Positions 1 through 10,128 of a stretch of DNA of 64,000 nt are shown piece by piece (position 1 is the first letter of the stretch; each line of letters opens with the position of its first letter). Source of the DNA: an uncultured Bacillota bacterium (lineage in GTDB: Bacteria > Bacillota > Clostridia > Christensenellales > UBA1242); NCBI GenBank assembly GCA_949289785.1, contig CASEOW010000035.1, positions 13,851 to 77,850 of the forward strand. The letters run 5' to 3'. A program made the position numbers and the translations under genes. The notes below the pieces were generated by a model, which ran no database searches, had not been told where the DNA came from, and was given only the letters and a program-made list of their open reading frames with translations.

Positions 1-2
1 CA

Positions 3-428
3 GAAAAAGATATTTTTATCTATATTAACAGTCCTGGTGGTAGTGTTTCAGCTGGATTGGCTATATATGATACTATGAAATACATTAAATGTGATGTGGC
101 TACAATATGTGTTGGTAGAGCTGCCTCAATGGGAGCATTCTTGCTTGCTGGTGGAACAAAAGGAAAAAGATTTGCTCTTCCTAATAGTGAAGTGATGATA
201 CATCAGCCACTTGGAGGAGCTCAAGGACAAGTAAGTGATATCCAGATTCAGGCAAAACATATACAATATATTAAAGAAAGAATGAATTTGATTTTAAGTG
301 AAAACACTGGAAAACCTTTAGAAATTGTAGAAAGAGATACTGATAGAGATAATTATATGACTGCACAAGAAGCAAAAGATTATGGAATAATAGATGAAAT
401 ATTTTTTTCTAGAAATAAAAAAGCATAA
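3..428 (+). CDS. clpP: ATP-dependent Clp protease proteolytic subunit (5'-partial)
   Basis: Frame open from the window edge; motifs [36 protein letters not shown]; precedes clpX. Confidence 0.98.
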   Translation, partial: EKDIFIYINSPGGSVSAGLAIYDTMKYIKCDVATICVGRAASMGAFLLAGGTKGKRFALPNSEVMIHQPLGGAQGQVSDIQIQAKHIQYIKERMNLILSENTGKPLEIVERDTDRDNYMTAQEAKDYGIIDEIFFSRNKKA

Positions 429-439
429 TTGGAGGCGAA

Positions 440-1702
440 ATGTCTGATAAAGAGTGTAAATGTAGTTTTTGTGGTAAAAATCAAAAAGACGCAAGAAAAA
501 TGATTGCAAGTCCGAATGGTGAAGCTTTTATTTGTGATGAATGTATAGAGATTTGCAAAGATATAGTTACTGAGTTTACACCAAAAAGTAAATTTGAAAA
601 AATTGATTTGCCTACTCCATGTGAAATAAAATCAAAACTTGATGAATATATTATTGGTCAAGATGATGTAAAAAAAGCTTTGGCAGTTGCCGTTTATAAT
701 CATTATAAAAGACTTAATTATAATTTAACTAAAATTGATGATGAAAAGAATGATGTTGAATTAGAAAAAAGTAATATTTTAATGATTGGTCCTACTGGGA
801 GTGGAAAAACTTTACTTGCTAAAACACTTGCTAAGATTTTGAAAGTACCTTTTGCTACAGCAGATGCTACGACATTAACAGAAGCTGGATATGTCGGAGA
901 TGATGTAGAAAATATACTTTTAAAACTAATTCAAAATGCAGATTATGATATTGAAAAGGCTCAAAGAGGTATTATTTACATTGATGAAATTGATAAAATT
1001 GCAAGAAAGACTCAAAATGTTTCAATTACCAGAGATGTTGCAGGGGAGGGTGTTCAACAAGCTTTATTAAAAATTTTGGAGAGCACGGTTGCTTCTGTTC
1101 CACCTCAGGGAGGGAGAAAACATCCTCATCAAGAAATGTTACAAATAGATACAACCAATATTTTGTTTATTTGTGGCGGTGCGTTTGTTGGGCTTGATAA
1201 AATTATTGAATCAAGAAAGACAGATTCTACATTAGGATTTAATGCAAATATAAAAACAAAAGAAGAAAAACAAAAAGTTAATATTGTAAAGGATATTCAA
1301 CCAGATGATTTAATTAAATTTGGTTTAATTCCTGAGTTTATTGGAAGATTACCTGTAATTGTAGGATTAGATGAACTTGACCAAGATTCATTAGTAAGAA
1401 TTTTGACTGAACCTAAAAACTCTATAATTAAACAATATGATTTGATGTTTAGAATTGATGGAATTAATATTGAATTTTCAAGAGAGGCAGTTTTTGCTAT
1501 TGCGAAAAAAGCAATGGAGCTTAAAACAGGTGCTAGGGGACTGCGAACTATAATAGAAGGTAAAATGACAAAGTTGATGTATGAAGCACCAAGTTATCAT
1601 GATATTGAAAAAATTATAGTAACAGATAAATTTATAGAACTTGAGAATTCACAACCAGAAATAATAAAAAAGAAAGTTGATGATGATAAAAAAGTCTGTT
1701 AA
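440..1702 (+). CDS. clpX: Clp protease ATP-binding subunit ClpX
   Basis: N-terminal C4 zinc finger (CSFCGK..ICDEC), Walker A GPTGSGKT, Walker [21 protein letters not shown] loop. Confidence 0.99.
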   Translation: MSDKECKCSFCGKNQKDARKMIASPNGEAFICDECIEICKDIVTEFTPKSKFEKIDLPTPCEIKSKLDEYIIGQDDVKKALAVAVYNHYKRLNYNLTKIDDEKNDVELEKSNILMIGPTGSGKTLLAKTLAKILKVPFATADATTLTEAGYVGDDVENILLKLIQNADYDIEKAQRGIIYIDEIDKIARKTQNVSITRDVAGEGVQQALLKILESTVASVPPQGGRKHPHQEMLQIDTTNILFICGGAFVGLDKIIESRKTDSTLGFNANIKTKEEKQKVNIVKDIQPDDLIKFGLIPEFIGRLPVIVGLDELDQDSLVRILTEPKNSIIKQYDLMFRIDGINIEFSREAVFAIAKKAMELKTGARGLRTIIEGKMTKLMYEAPSYHDIEKIIVTDKFIELENSQPEIIKKKVDDDKKVC

Positions 1703-1731
1703 AAAAAACCTTTTAATTAAAAGGTTTTTTT
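1702..1731. terminator. Bidirectional intrinsic terminator
   Basis: Perfect 30-bp palindrome AAAAAAACCTTTTAATTAAAAGGTTTTTTT between convergent genes. Confidence 0.8.
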
Positions 1732-1754
1732 ATTTACATATTAAAATTACTATT

Positions 1755-2039
1755 TTAATTTCTTTGTTCGTTTCTAAATTCGTTTAATCCTTTTTCAAAT
1801 TGTGTTTTTGTTTCTGGACTTAAATAAAATAGTAACCCAAATAATTGCCCAACATGCAACATTTCTTCCATTACTATATCATGTATAGTTTCTTGTGCAC
1901 TTTCATTATTAGTTTGTTCTAAGTGAGATTCATATTGAATAATTGCCTCTAATTCTCCAATAATATCAGCTCTGCAATTTTGTATAGTAGTAAAAGTATT
2001 ATTGTTTTGGTTGTTTAATATATTAAATAAATTTTTCAT
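1755..2039 (-). CDS. Small ferritin-like / rubrerythrin-fold protein (94 aa)
   Basis: ELEAIIQYE ... EEMLH di-iron-type motifs; start set at ATG 2039 behind AAGGAG. Confidence 0.75.
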   Translation of the reverse strand: MKNLFNILNNQNNNTFTTIQNCRADIIGELEAIIQYESHLEQTNNESAQETIHDIVMEEMLHVGQLFGLLFYLSPETKTQFEKGLNEFRNEQRN

Positions 2040-2199
2040 GTTTACTCCTTTCATAATTTTATATGAATTGATTTATAAAAAGTTTACTACTTTATATAGT
2101 AACTATTATATACATAATAGATACTATATATATATTTAAAAAATAAAATATTATAAAAAGGTTGCGACAAATTAAATTAAAACAAATTTTAAAAAATAC

Positions 2200-2228
2200 T
2201 TGACAAATTTCATATAAAAAAATATAAT
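2200..2228 (+). promoter_or_regulatory. Sigma-A promoter of the tRNA gene
   Basis: TTGACA (2200-2205), 17 bp, TATAAT (2223-2228). Confidence 0.9.
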
Positions 2229-2246
2229 GTATAGGTAAACAAAAAT

Positions 2247-2328
2247 GCGGGCGTGGCGGAATGGCAGACGCGCTTGTTTAAGGGGCAAGTTCGAAAGAGT
2301 GTGGGTTCGACTCCCACCGCCCGCACCA
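2247..2328 (+). tRNA. tRNA-Leu, anticodon AAG
   Basis: Acceptor stem GCGGGCG/CGCCCGC, A discriminator, encoded CCA; anticodon stem CTTGT/GCAAG with loop TTAAGGG; short type II variable arm; T-loop TTCGACT. Confidence 0.95.
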
Positions 2329-2338
2329 ACAAATATAT

Positions 2339-2370
2339 AAAAAAGGAAATTTAATTGATTTCCTTTTTTT
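2339..2370 (+). terminator. Intrinsic terminator after the tRNA
   Basis: AAAAGGAAAT..ATTTCCTTTTTTT hairpin with T-tract. Confidence 0.75.
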
Positions 2371-2447
2371 TATATATTATTTTATTTAATTTGTATTAAA
2401 ATATGTTATAATATAAATAAAAGAATATTTTTTATAGAGGGTAATTT

Positions 2448-3083
2448 ATGAAGACAATTAAAAGTATAGATTTGTGGACTGAACAATATCCAAACCATTA
2501 CGAATGTTTTAAAGGGGCATTTATTGATGGATTTAAAAATTCAGATTTACCTTATGATTATTATAAAGTTGTAAAAAATTGTAATTGCATTATAAAAAAC
2601 AATATCGAAATTCCAATAGAAAATAAGCATAACGCAATTATTTTTTATAAAAATAAGAAACCTGTCAGACTTTTAGTAGGCTGCTATGATTCTAAAGTTG
2701 ATGATTTACTAAGAAATTCATTAGATCAAAAAGTTGGAGATAAAACTTTATATAAAATCTTTCATGAATTAAATGTAAAATTTTCTGAAATAGATTTAAA
2801 TGAAAAACCAATTTTTAACAAATATAATTCCGTGCGTGAAATAGATGCTGGTTCTTGTAATAGATTTAGTTTATTAAAGACTATGTTAAGCGGAAATTAT
2901 ACTGAAGATAATACAAATTTGGGGCACTATGATAGTGATAGGTATATTTATTTAAAAAATTTGGAAGTAACCTATAATTTAAGAATAGAAAATGAGTGTT
3001 TTAATATTACTCATGAAGGAGGTTTTATAAATGATTTAAAAACTTCTGTTATTATCTTACAAAAGAAATTTAGAGGAAATTAA
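2448..3083 (+). CDS. Hypothetical protein (211 aa)
   Basis: Long ORF with AGAGGG RBS and upstream TGTTATAAT; no recognised motif. Confidence 0.75.
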   Translation: MKTIKSIDLWTEQYPNHYECFKGAFIDGFKNSDLPYDYYKVVKNCNCIIKNNIEIPIENKHNAIIFYKNKKPVRLLVGCYDSKVDDLLRNSLDQKVGDKTLYKIFHELNVKFSEIDLNEKPIFNKYNSVREIDAGSCNRFSLLKTMLSGNYTEDNTNLGHYDSDRYIYLKNLEVTYNLRIENECFNITHEGGFINDLKTSVIILQKKFRGN

Positions 3084-3346
3084 ATTTTATCTTGCATACC
3101 ATTTGTTGTGTTTTAATTATTTAATTTTCTTACAATAAGATTTAGATTAATTTGTTTTTTGAGCAATAAAAAATAGAAATCAAAAGATTGATTTTTTAAA
3201 AAGTTATCTTTTAAACAGTTATAGTATTATATAGTTTATTTTTGGATAAGATTTTTAATTAAAATTATATTAAATAAATTATAAGTTCATATTGAAATTA
3301 AAGTTGAAATATGATAAAATTTCATTGGATGGAGGTATAGAGTAAT

Positions 3347-4093
3347 ATGAATTTAAATTTAAGAAAATGTGGCAATCTATATGTAAAGTTTGATGATGAA
3401 AATAATCCTTTATATGCTTTTGAAGTAGTAGGTAAGACAATAAAAAAATTTCATCCTATGTGTGATGATTTGCCAGAAACAATAATATTACCAAAACTTA
3501 AAATAAACATTAGTGATTTTTCTACACAAATAGATAATTTTAAAATGCTATATTATAATAGAATATACCAAACAAATAATAATCCGAATTCAAATCAAAG
3601 TATTATAAATTATTACATGGAACTTTATGGGACTGGTGCTTATAAATTAGCTACTGAATGTTTTAAAGGAATAAAAAAGTCTAAAATTATAGTTCCAGTT
3701 GATTATTCTATTATGATTGACTGGAATTGTTTTGATGATGATGCTGAAATTGAATTAGTTTTACCAAACGATATGACATTAAAACAAGTTTATAGAACTT
3801 TTGATACTGGTTTTGACTATGAACATGAGAATTGGACTTTAATTTCTCATAAAGATTTTAATTTCAAATCAAAAAATACCGTAGGAATAAATGTGTTAGA
3901 TTATCAACCTGAATGTTCTTATTGTAAATTTAATATTTCCAACGAAAATTTTGATGAAAGTAAAAGTAGTGGAAATATAAAAAGCAAGAAAAATGATAAA
4001 AGATATTTGCGTCAGTTAATCAACCCTGAATTGATGAATTGTAAAGCGCACAACCAATATCAACTTGAACCAGAATTTGATAAAGACATTTAA
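3347..4093 (+). CDS. Hypothetical protein (248 aa), possibly with degenerate BspA-type LRR units
   Basis: GGAGG RBS; TTGAAA-17-TAAAAT promoter; segment KLATECFKGIKKSKIIVPVDYSIMIDWNCF is loosely BspA-LRR-like. Confidence 0.7.
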   Translation: MNLNLRKCGNLYVKFDDENNPLYAFEVVGKTIKKFHPMCDDLPETIILPKLKINISDFSTQIDNFKMLYYNRIYQTNNNPNSNQSIINYYMELYGTGAYKLATECFKGIKKSKIIVPVDYSIMIDWNCFDDDAEIELVLPNDMTLKQVYRTFDTGFDYEHENWTLISHKDFNFKSKNTVGINVLDYQPECSYCKFNISNENFDESKSSGNIKSKKNDKRYLRQLINPELMNCKAHNQYQLEPEFDKDI

Positions 4094-4409
4094 TTAAGGT
4101 TTAGATTCATTTTAAACATATATAAGGTTGTTTCTATGATATAAAAAATAAACATTAATAAATAAAATTAAATGTTTATAAAAAAGACATAAATAAAATT
4201 TTAAATTAAAAAAACTTTTTATATTTTTTATTATTTTTATTTAATCTTAAACTATTATGTTATCAAAAAATAACATTTTTAATAAAAAGTTAACCTAATT
4301 TGAGTTGACTTTTTATTTTTATTGTTTCATTTTTTAACAAAATTTAAAACAAAATAAAATAATAATTATTTGACAAATTTCGTCATAATATTTTATCATT
4401 TATATAGTT

Positions 4410-5378
4410 ATGATTAATATAAAATTTTTTAAGATTTGTATATTTTGTTTTTTATTATGTATATCTTTTTGTTTATATGCTTGTGAATATCAAAAAGAAA
4501 TAACTGATTCTGGTGCATCTGAAGAAGTTCAAAATGATACTATTCAAATAGATTCGTATCAAAAGCTTTTAGAAATTCAAAATAATGATTTTGAAAATAT
4601 TTCTAATATTGAACTTGTATGTGATATCGATTGTCAGGGTGGATATTGGTATGGTTTAGGAAATGAAGAAAATCCATTTGATATAGAATTTGATGGTAAT
4701 GGTTTTTCTATTAAAAATTTAACTTTAGTTAGTCAGAGCCAAAATATTGGTTTTATAAACTATGCTAAAGGTGCATATATTCATGATTTAACTTTTTCAT
4801 TTATAAGTGGACAAATTAATGTTTCAAATTCAAATTCTGGAATATTTGCAATATTGATAGATAGTAAAATTGAAAATATTCTTATTAATGATTGTAATTT
4901 TACTGTCATTGGAAGTGGAAATAATGTCGGTATAATGTGTGGATATGCAAATTTGATAAGTAATAATATACAAAATATAAAAATGTTTGGTAATTCTATA
5001 TATACATATTCAGAAGACAATGTAAGCGTAAATAACCAAGGACTATTATTTGGGTGTCTCGAATTAAAAAATGATATAAGTTTAGTTAATGTTGATTGTT
5101 CTAAAACTAATAGTATAATCACAGATTGTTTTTCAGATATGCAAATTAATTGTGGACTTATAATAGGTTGTTTAAAAACTAACTCTTTTAACATTGTAAT
5201 ACAAAATTATAATGTGTGTCAAAATATGATTATGATTAACAGTTTTTATAATACAAATTTAAAGGTGTTAATTGGATATGCAAGTGATACAAAGAAGATT
5301 ATTTTTGAGAATGGATTAGTTTATGAAAATGATGTTTTTGATGTTTGTAATGGAATTTATATAACAGAGGAGTTTTGA
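4410..5378 (+). CDS. Putative lipoprotein with GLUG-like beta-solenoid repeats
   Basis: Signal peptide ending LYAC; DID..W..LG....PF...FDGNGFSIKNL motif; repeated xGLLFG/xGLIIG units. Confidence 0.7.
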   Translation: MINIKFFKICIFCFLLCISFCLYACEYQKEITDSGASEEVQNDTIQIDSYQKLLEIQNNDFENISNIELVCDIDCQGGYWYGLGNEENPFDIEFDGNGFSIKNLTLVSQSQNIGFINYAKGAYIHDLTFSFISGQINVSNSNSGIFAILIDSKIENILINDCNFTVIGSGNNVGIMCGYANLISNNIQNIKMFGNSIYTYSEDNVSVNNQGLLFGCLELKNDISLVNVDCSKTNSIITDCFSDMQINCGLIIGCLKTNSFNIVIQNYNVCQNMIMINSFYNTNLKVLIGYASDTKKIIFENGLVYENDVFDVCNGIYITEEF

Positions 5379-5385
5379 AAAAGTA

Positions 5386-6255
5386 TTAGAGTATTTTTTT
5401 GCTAAGTTTTTGAAAATCTTCAGGATAATCAACTTCAAAATTCATTTCTTTGTTAAGATATGGATGATAAAAAGAAATTTTTTTGCATAATAATGCTGTA
5501 TGATTTATTAATTTACTTTCATTTCCATATAGTTTATCTCCAACAAGAGGGTGGTTTATTGAAGAAAGATGAACTCTAATTTGGTGTGTTCTTCCATAAA
5601 TCAAATTTATTTCTACTAATGTCATACTATTTCCTATTTTTAATGGGTGAACACAAGTTTTTGCTGATTTTCCTTCATCTGAAATTATCCTTTTATTGAC
5701 ATTTTTTCCATTTTCGATTAATGTTTTTATTGGTTTGTTTATTTCAACATCATCTTTAATTGTTCCTTGACATATTGCATGATAACTTTTTTGAAAATTT
5801 TTTAAATCTTTTTGTGATATAGTATCTTTTGCTATCAATATAAGTCCAGCTGTTTCTTTATCAAGTCGATTTATAATTCTCAAAGTAAAGTTTTTTATCT
5901 TATTTTCCATATAATAACATATTGCACCTGCAAGATTATTGTTATAATGAGATTGAGTTGGCATTGTAGATAGATTAGATGGTTTATTTACTAGAAGATA
6001 GTATTCATCTTCATATACTATATCTAGAAGTATTATGCACTGCATAATACTTGTTTTTGTATTTGGATTTGAGTTTATAGATAAAATATCTCCAATTTTT
6101 AGTTTAGATTTCGTGTTTGAATTTACATTATTTATTTTTATATATCCACTTCTTTTTCGTAAATTTGTTATATAATTTTCAGAAAATCCTTTTTCTTTTA
6201 GAAAAAAGTAAACATATTTATAATCTTTGTCTATTATATAATTTCGATATTCCAT
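5386..6255 (-). CDS. RluA/RluD-family pseudouridine synthase
   Basis: VNKPS, NRLDKETAG, GRTHQIRVH, HPLVGDKLYG; start taken at ATG 6255 (ORF track gives 6279). Confidence 0.93.
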   Translation of the reverse strand: MEYRNYIIDKDYKYVYFFLKEKGFSENYITNLRKRSGYIKINNVNSNTKSKLKIGDILSINSNPNTKTSIMQCIILLDIVYEDEYYLLVNKPSNLSTMPTQSHYNNNLAGAICYYMENKIKNFTLRIINRLDKETAGLILIAKDTISQKDLKNFQKSYHAICQGTIKDDVEINKPIKTLIENGKNVNKRIISDEGKSAKTCVHPLKIGNSMTLVEINLIYGRTHQIRVHLSSINHPLVGDKLYGNESKLINHTALLCKKISFYHPYLNKEMNFEVDYPEDFQKLSKKIL

Positions 6256-6360
6256 ATTTGATATTATATTCTTTTTCATTTTTTATAGCAAATAATATAA
6301 AAGTTTTTAAATTATTACTTTTAAATTTTTGTTTTATGTTTATAAAAATCGTTATTTTGA

Positions 6361-6390
6361 TTGACAATTATTTACTATATTTACTATAAT
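6361..6390 (+). promoter_or_regulatory. Sigma-A promoter of the pheST leader
   Basis: TTGACA, 18 bp, TATAAT. Confidence 0.75.
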
Positions 6391-6400
6391 AACAAGAGTA

Positions 6401-6652
6401 AAAACGATGATAGAAGAGTAGTAATTTTTTTGATTTATTACAGAGAACTTATTGCAGCTGAGAAATAAGTATAATAGAAAAAATGAATTCGCTTCTTAGT
6501 TGTGAATTCGAAATTAATTTTAATATTAAATTAAAAGTAGTTTTCATCGTGAATCTGCGTAAATGATTTACAATAAGGATTGATTATTCAATCGAAATTA
6601 GGTGGTACCACGAAGTTCTCTTTCGTCCTAATGGCAAAGAGAACTTTTTATT
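6401..6652 (+). promoter_or_regulatory. T-box riboswitch, Phe specifier
   Basis: AGTA, AGAGA and GCTGAG stem I motifs; GAA-TTC specifier (TTC at 6488-6490); T-box AGGTGGTACCACG (6600-6612); terminator AAGTTCTCTTT..AAAGAGAACTTTTT. Confidence 0.93.
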
Positions 6653-6699
6653 TTGGTTAAATTATTAAAAATTTGATATAAATTTAAAAGGAGATTATT

Positions 6700-7728
6700 G
6701 TGAAAGAAGAGTTACTAAGTTTAGAAAAAGAAGTATCACAAAAGGTAGATGCAGTTCAAGATTTGAAAGATTTAGCAGAAATAAAGGTTTATGTTTTTGG
6801 TAAAAATGGAGTAATTACGAATTTATCAAAGGGTATGCGTGATGTTGAACCTAACCAACGCAAAGAAGTTGGAATGTTGATTAACGATTTAAGAAACAAG
6901 TTGGAAAATAAAATTCAAGAAAAAGAAAAATTGTTAGAAGAAAAGCTTCTAAATGAAAAACTCGAATCTGAAAAAATCGACATAACTCAACCTGGTAAAG
7001 ATTGCAAGGTTGGAGCGCTTCATCCAACTAGTGATGTAATTGATAAATTAACTGATATTTGCGTAAATATGGGATTTTCTGTTGTTGAAGGTCCAGAAAT
7101 AGAAACAGATTATTACAATTTCGAAGCAATGAATATTCCTAAAAATCATCCTTCAAGAGATATGCAGGACACATTTTTTATAACTAACGAAATACTTTTA
7201 AGATCTCAAACTTCAGCTGTTCAGGCAAGAGAAATGGAAAAAAGAAAACCTCCATTTAAAATAGTTTGTCCTGGAAAAACTTATAGAAATGATAGTGATG
7301 CTACTCATAGTCCTGTTTTTCATCAATTAGAAGGTTTGGTTGTTGACGAAAATATATCTATGGCTGACCTTAAATCAATGCTTTTAACATTAATGAAAAG
7401 GTTGTATGGAGAAGATACTGTAATTAGATTTAGACCTTCATTCTTTCCTTTTACTGAACCTAGTATTGAAGTAGATTTAACTTGTCCTACTTGTCATGGC
7501 AAAGGGTGCTCTATTTGTAAAGGGACTGGAATGTTAGAATTGTTAGGTGCTGGAATTGTAAATCCTAAAGTTCTTGAAATGTCAGGTATTGATAGTAAAA
7601 AATATAGAGGTTTTGCATTTGGTTTTGGTTTGGATAGAGCTGGTATGCTTTTAAATAATATTTCTAATATTAAAAGCTTATTTAAAAATGATATTAGATT
7701 TTTGGAACAAATGAAAGGAGAAAGATAA
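6700..7728 (+). CDS. pheS: Phenylalanine--tRNA ligase alpha subunit
   Basis: HPSRDMQDTF, DATHSPVFHQLEG, FRPSFFPFTEPS, GFAFGFGLDR; GTG start. Confidence 0.99.
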   Translation: MKEELLSLEKEVSQKVDAVQDLKDLAEIKVYVFGKNGVITNLSKGMRDVEPNQRKEVGMLINDLRNKLENKIQEKEKLLEEKLLNEKLESEKIDITQPGKDCKVGALHPTSDVIDKLTDICVNMGFSVVEGPEIETDYYNFEAMNIPKNHPSRDMQDTFFITNEILLRSQTSAVQAREMEKRKPPFKIVCPGKTYRNDSDATHSPVFHQLEGLVVDENISMADLKSMLLTLMKRLYGEDTVIRFRPSFFPFTEPSIEVDLTCPTCHGKGCSICKGTGMLELLGAGIVNPKVLEMSGIDSKKYRGFAFGFGLDRAGMLLNNISNIKSLFKNDIRFLEQMKGER

Positions 7729-10128
7729 ATGAAAGTAACATATAATTGGCTTAAGGAATTTGTTAATATTTCTGCAACACCAGAAGATATTGCCCAAAAA
7801 TTAACATCTGCTGGATTTGAGGTTGAAGAAATAATTTATCAAAACAGATACTTACATGATGTTGTTGTTGGTAAAATTTTAAAAATTGAAAAACATCCAC
7901 AAGCAGATAGATTGGTTGTATGTCAGGTTGATATAGGAGATAAGATTGTCCAAATAATCACAGCAGCAACGAATGTTTTTGAAGGAGCTGTAATTCCTGT
8001 AAGTTTACCGGGTGCAAATTTAATTAATGGAATATCTATTTCTCCAACTAAAATGAGAGGAATAGAAAGTTTTGGTATGTTTTGCTCAGGTGAAGAATTA
8101 GGTATAGATGATAACTATTTTGAAGGTGCTGAGGTAAATGGAATCTTGATATTACCTAATGATATGAAAGTAGGTCAACCTATTGAAAAAGCATTAATGC
8201 TTGATGATGTAATATTTGATATTTCAGTAACACCTAACAGAGCTGATTGTTTAAGTGTTATAGGTATAGCAAGAGAAGTTTGTGCTTTATATGGTTTGGA
8301 GTGTAAAAAACTTAATTTAAGCTATGACATTAATGTTTATGATAAAGAAACAGTTCGTGATTATGTTAATGTAAGTGTAGAAACTTCTAATTGTCAAAGA
8401 TATATGGCTTGTGCTGTGAAAGATGTAAAAATTGAAAAATCTCCTTTATGGTTAAGAGCCAGATTGAATGCTGTAGGCATAAAACCTATATGCACTATGG
8501 TTGATATTACTAATTATGTTTTAATTGAACTTGGTCAACCAATGCATGCTTTTGACCAGGAAAATATCAAAGGTAAAAAGATTATTATAAGGCAAGCAAA
8601 TGAAGGCGAAAAGATCGATGCTTTAAATCATAATAGTTATAATTTAGATTCTGATGTTATGGTTATAGCAAACGAAAATGAACCTATGGTTATAGCTGGT
8701 ATTATTGGTGGAACTGATGCATCTATAAATTCTAATACAAAAATATCAATTTTTGAAAGTGCTGTCTTTGATGTTAAAAATATTAGACTAACTAGTAGAA
8801 AAATAGGTGTATCAACAGATTCTTCTGCTAGATACTCAAAAGGTGTTAATGTAGCTAATGCTGAATTAGGTATGCAAAGAGCACTACATTTGGTTAGTAA
8901 ATTAAAATGTGGGAAAATTGTAAGAGGTGTAATAGATATTTCCTCAGAAAAAAATGAATCTAGAATGATTACTGTTTCTATAAAACTCATAAATGATATT
9001 CTTGGAGTAGAAATACCTACAAAAGATATGGTTAAAATTTTAAATAGTTTAGGTATTGAAACTAAGCTAGTGGGAAATAGTTTAACTTGTAATGTTCCAC
9101 CATTTAGAACTGATATAGAAAATGATTATGATATAGCTGAGGAAATTATTAGACTTTATGGATATGATATTTATGACAAAATAAATTATAATTTATTTAA
9201 AAATTCTAAAGTTACTGAAGGACATCATCATCCTAGACTTTTGTTGGAAAGAAAATTTAGAAATTCTCTTGTTGAACATGGTTTTTATGAAAACATTTCT
9301 TATTCACTTGTAAGTCCTACTTCAGTTGATAAATTAATGTTAAATGATATTAGAAAGAATATAATAAAGATTGCTAATCCTATTACTGAAGATATTTCTG
9401 CAATGCGAACATCTTTAGCTCATTCTCTTTTTACAAATATTGCTTATAATTTAAGCGTAGGAAATAAAGAGATGCGTATTTTTGAATGTGGAAGAGTTTT
9501 CTTAACTGATACATTGCCTCTTACTAATCTCCCTTGTGAAAAAAATATGATTGGACTTGCTTGTAAAGAAAATGGTTTTGATTTTTATTCTTTAAAAGCT
9601 ATAGTTGAAAATTTACTTTCAAAAACTAGTATAAAATATAAATTGGAAAGATCTAAAGAACCTTTCTTGCATCCTGGAGTTTCAGCAGATATAATGGATG
9701 GAGATATAAAAGTGGGTAGTTTTGGGAAAATACATCCAAAGGTTGCTCAAAATTATGATATTCCTAACGATGTTTATTATGCTGAAATAGATGATGATTA
9801 TATTCTTAAATATGCTAATAAAAAAGTTGAAATGAAGCAAATTTCTAAATATCCTATAGTAGAAAGGGATCTTGCAGTTATTGTTAAAGAAGAAATTACT
9901 AATGATGAAATTATGCAAAGTATTAAGTCTTCATGTGGACAATTATATTTTAAGGCAGAATTATTTGATGTATATAGGAATGAATCAATTGGTAATGATA
10001 ATAAAAGTCTTGCTTATAATATAAAACTTTCAGATTTGAATAAAACTCTTACTGATGAAGAAGTAAGTAAAGTGATAAATAAAATTTTAAAAACTTTAAA
10101 CTATAAATTTGGAGCAGTGCTGAGATGA
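7729..10128 (+). CDS. pheT: Phenylalanine--tRNA ligase beta subunit
   Basis: KHPQADRL, TPNRADCLS, GQPMHAFD, C-terminal FDX-ACB domain. Confidence 0.99.
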   Translation: MKVTYNWLKEFVNISATPEDIAQKLTSAGFEVEEIIYQNRYLHDVVVGKILKIEKHPQADRLVVCQVDIGDKIVQIITAATNVFEGAVIPVSLPGANLINGISISPTKMRGIESFGMFCSGEELGIDDNYFEGAEVNGILILPNDMKVGQPIEKALMLDDVIFDISVTPNRADCLSVIGIAREVCALYGLECKKLNLSYDINVYDKETVRDYVNVSVETSNCQRYMACAVKDVKIEKSPLWLRARLNAVGIKPICTMVDITNYVLIELGQPMHAFDQENIKGKKIIIRQANEGEKIDALNHNSYNLDSDVMVIANENEPMVIAGIIGGTDASINSNTKISIFESAVFDVKNIRLTSRKIGVSTDSSARYSKGVNVANAELGMQRALHLVSKLKCGKIVRGVIDISSEKNESRMITVSIKLINDILGVEIPTKDMVKILNSLGIETKLVGNSLTCNVPPFRTDIENDYDIAEEIIRLYGYDIYDKINYNLFKNSKVTEGHHHPRLLLERKFRNSLVEHGFYENISYSLVSPTSVDKLMLNDIRKNIIKIANPITEDISAMRTSLAHSLFTNIAYNLSVGNKEMRIFECGRVFLTDTLPLTNLPCEKNMIGLACKENGFDFYSLKAIVENLLSKTSIKYKLERSKEPFLHPGVSADIMDGDIKVGSFGKIHPKVAQNYDIPNDVYYAEIDDDYILKYANKKVEMKQISKYPIVERDLAVIVKEEITNDEIMQSIKSSCGQLYFKAELFDVYRNESIGNDNKSLAYNIKLSDLNKTLTDEEVSKVINKILKTLNYKFGAVLR

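Noticed and set aside
2271..2289. Reading the tRNA anticodon as TAA
   Set aside because: Stem pairing CTTGT/GCAAG fixes a 7-nt loop TTAAGGG whose central triplet is AAG
3085..3102. TCTTGCATAC match to the 20-bp elements near the dif-like site
   Set aside because: Only a 10-bp core without the flanking palindrome; could be chance or a -35 element
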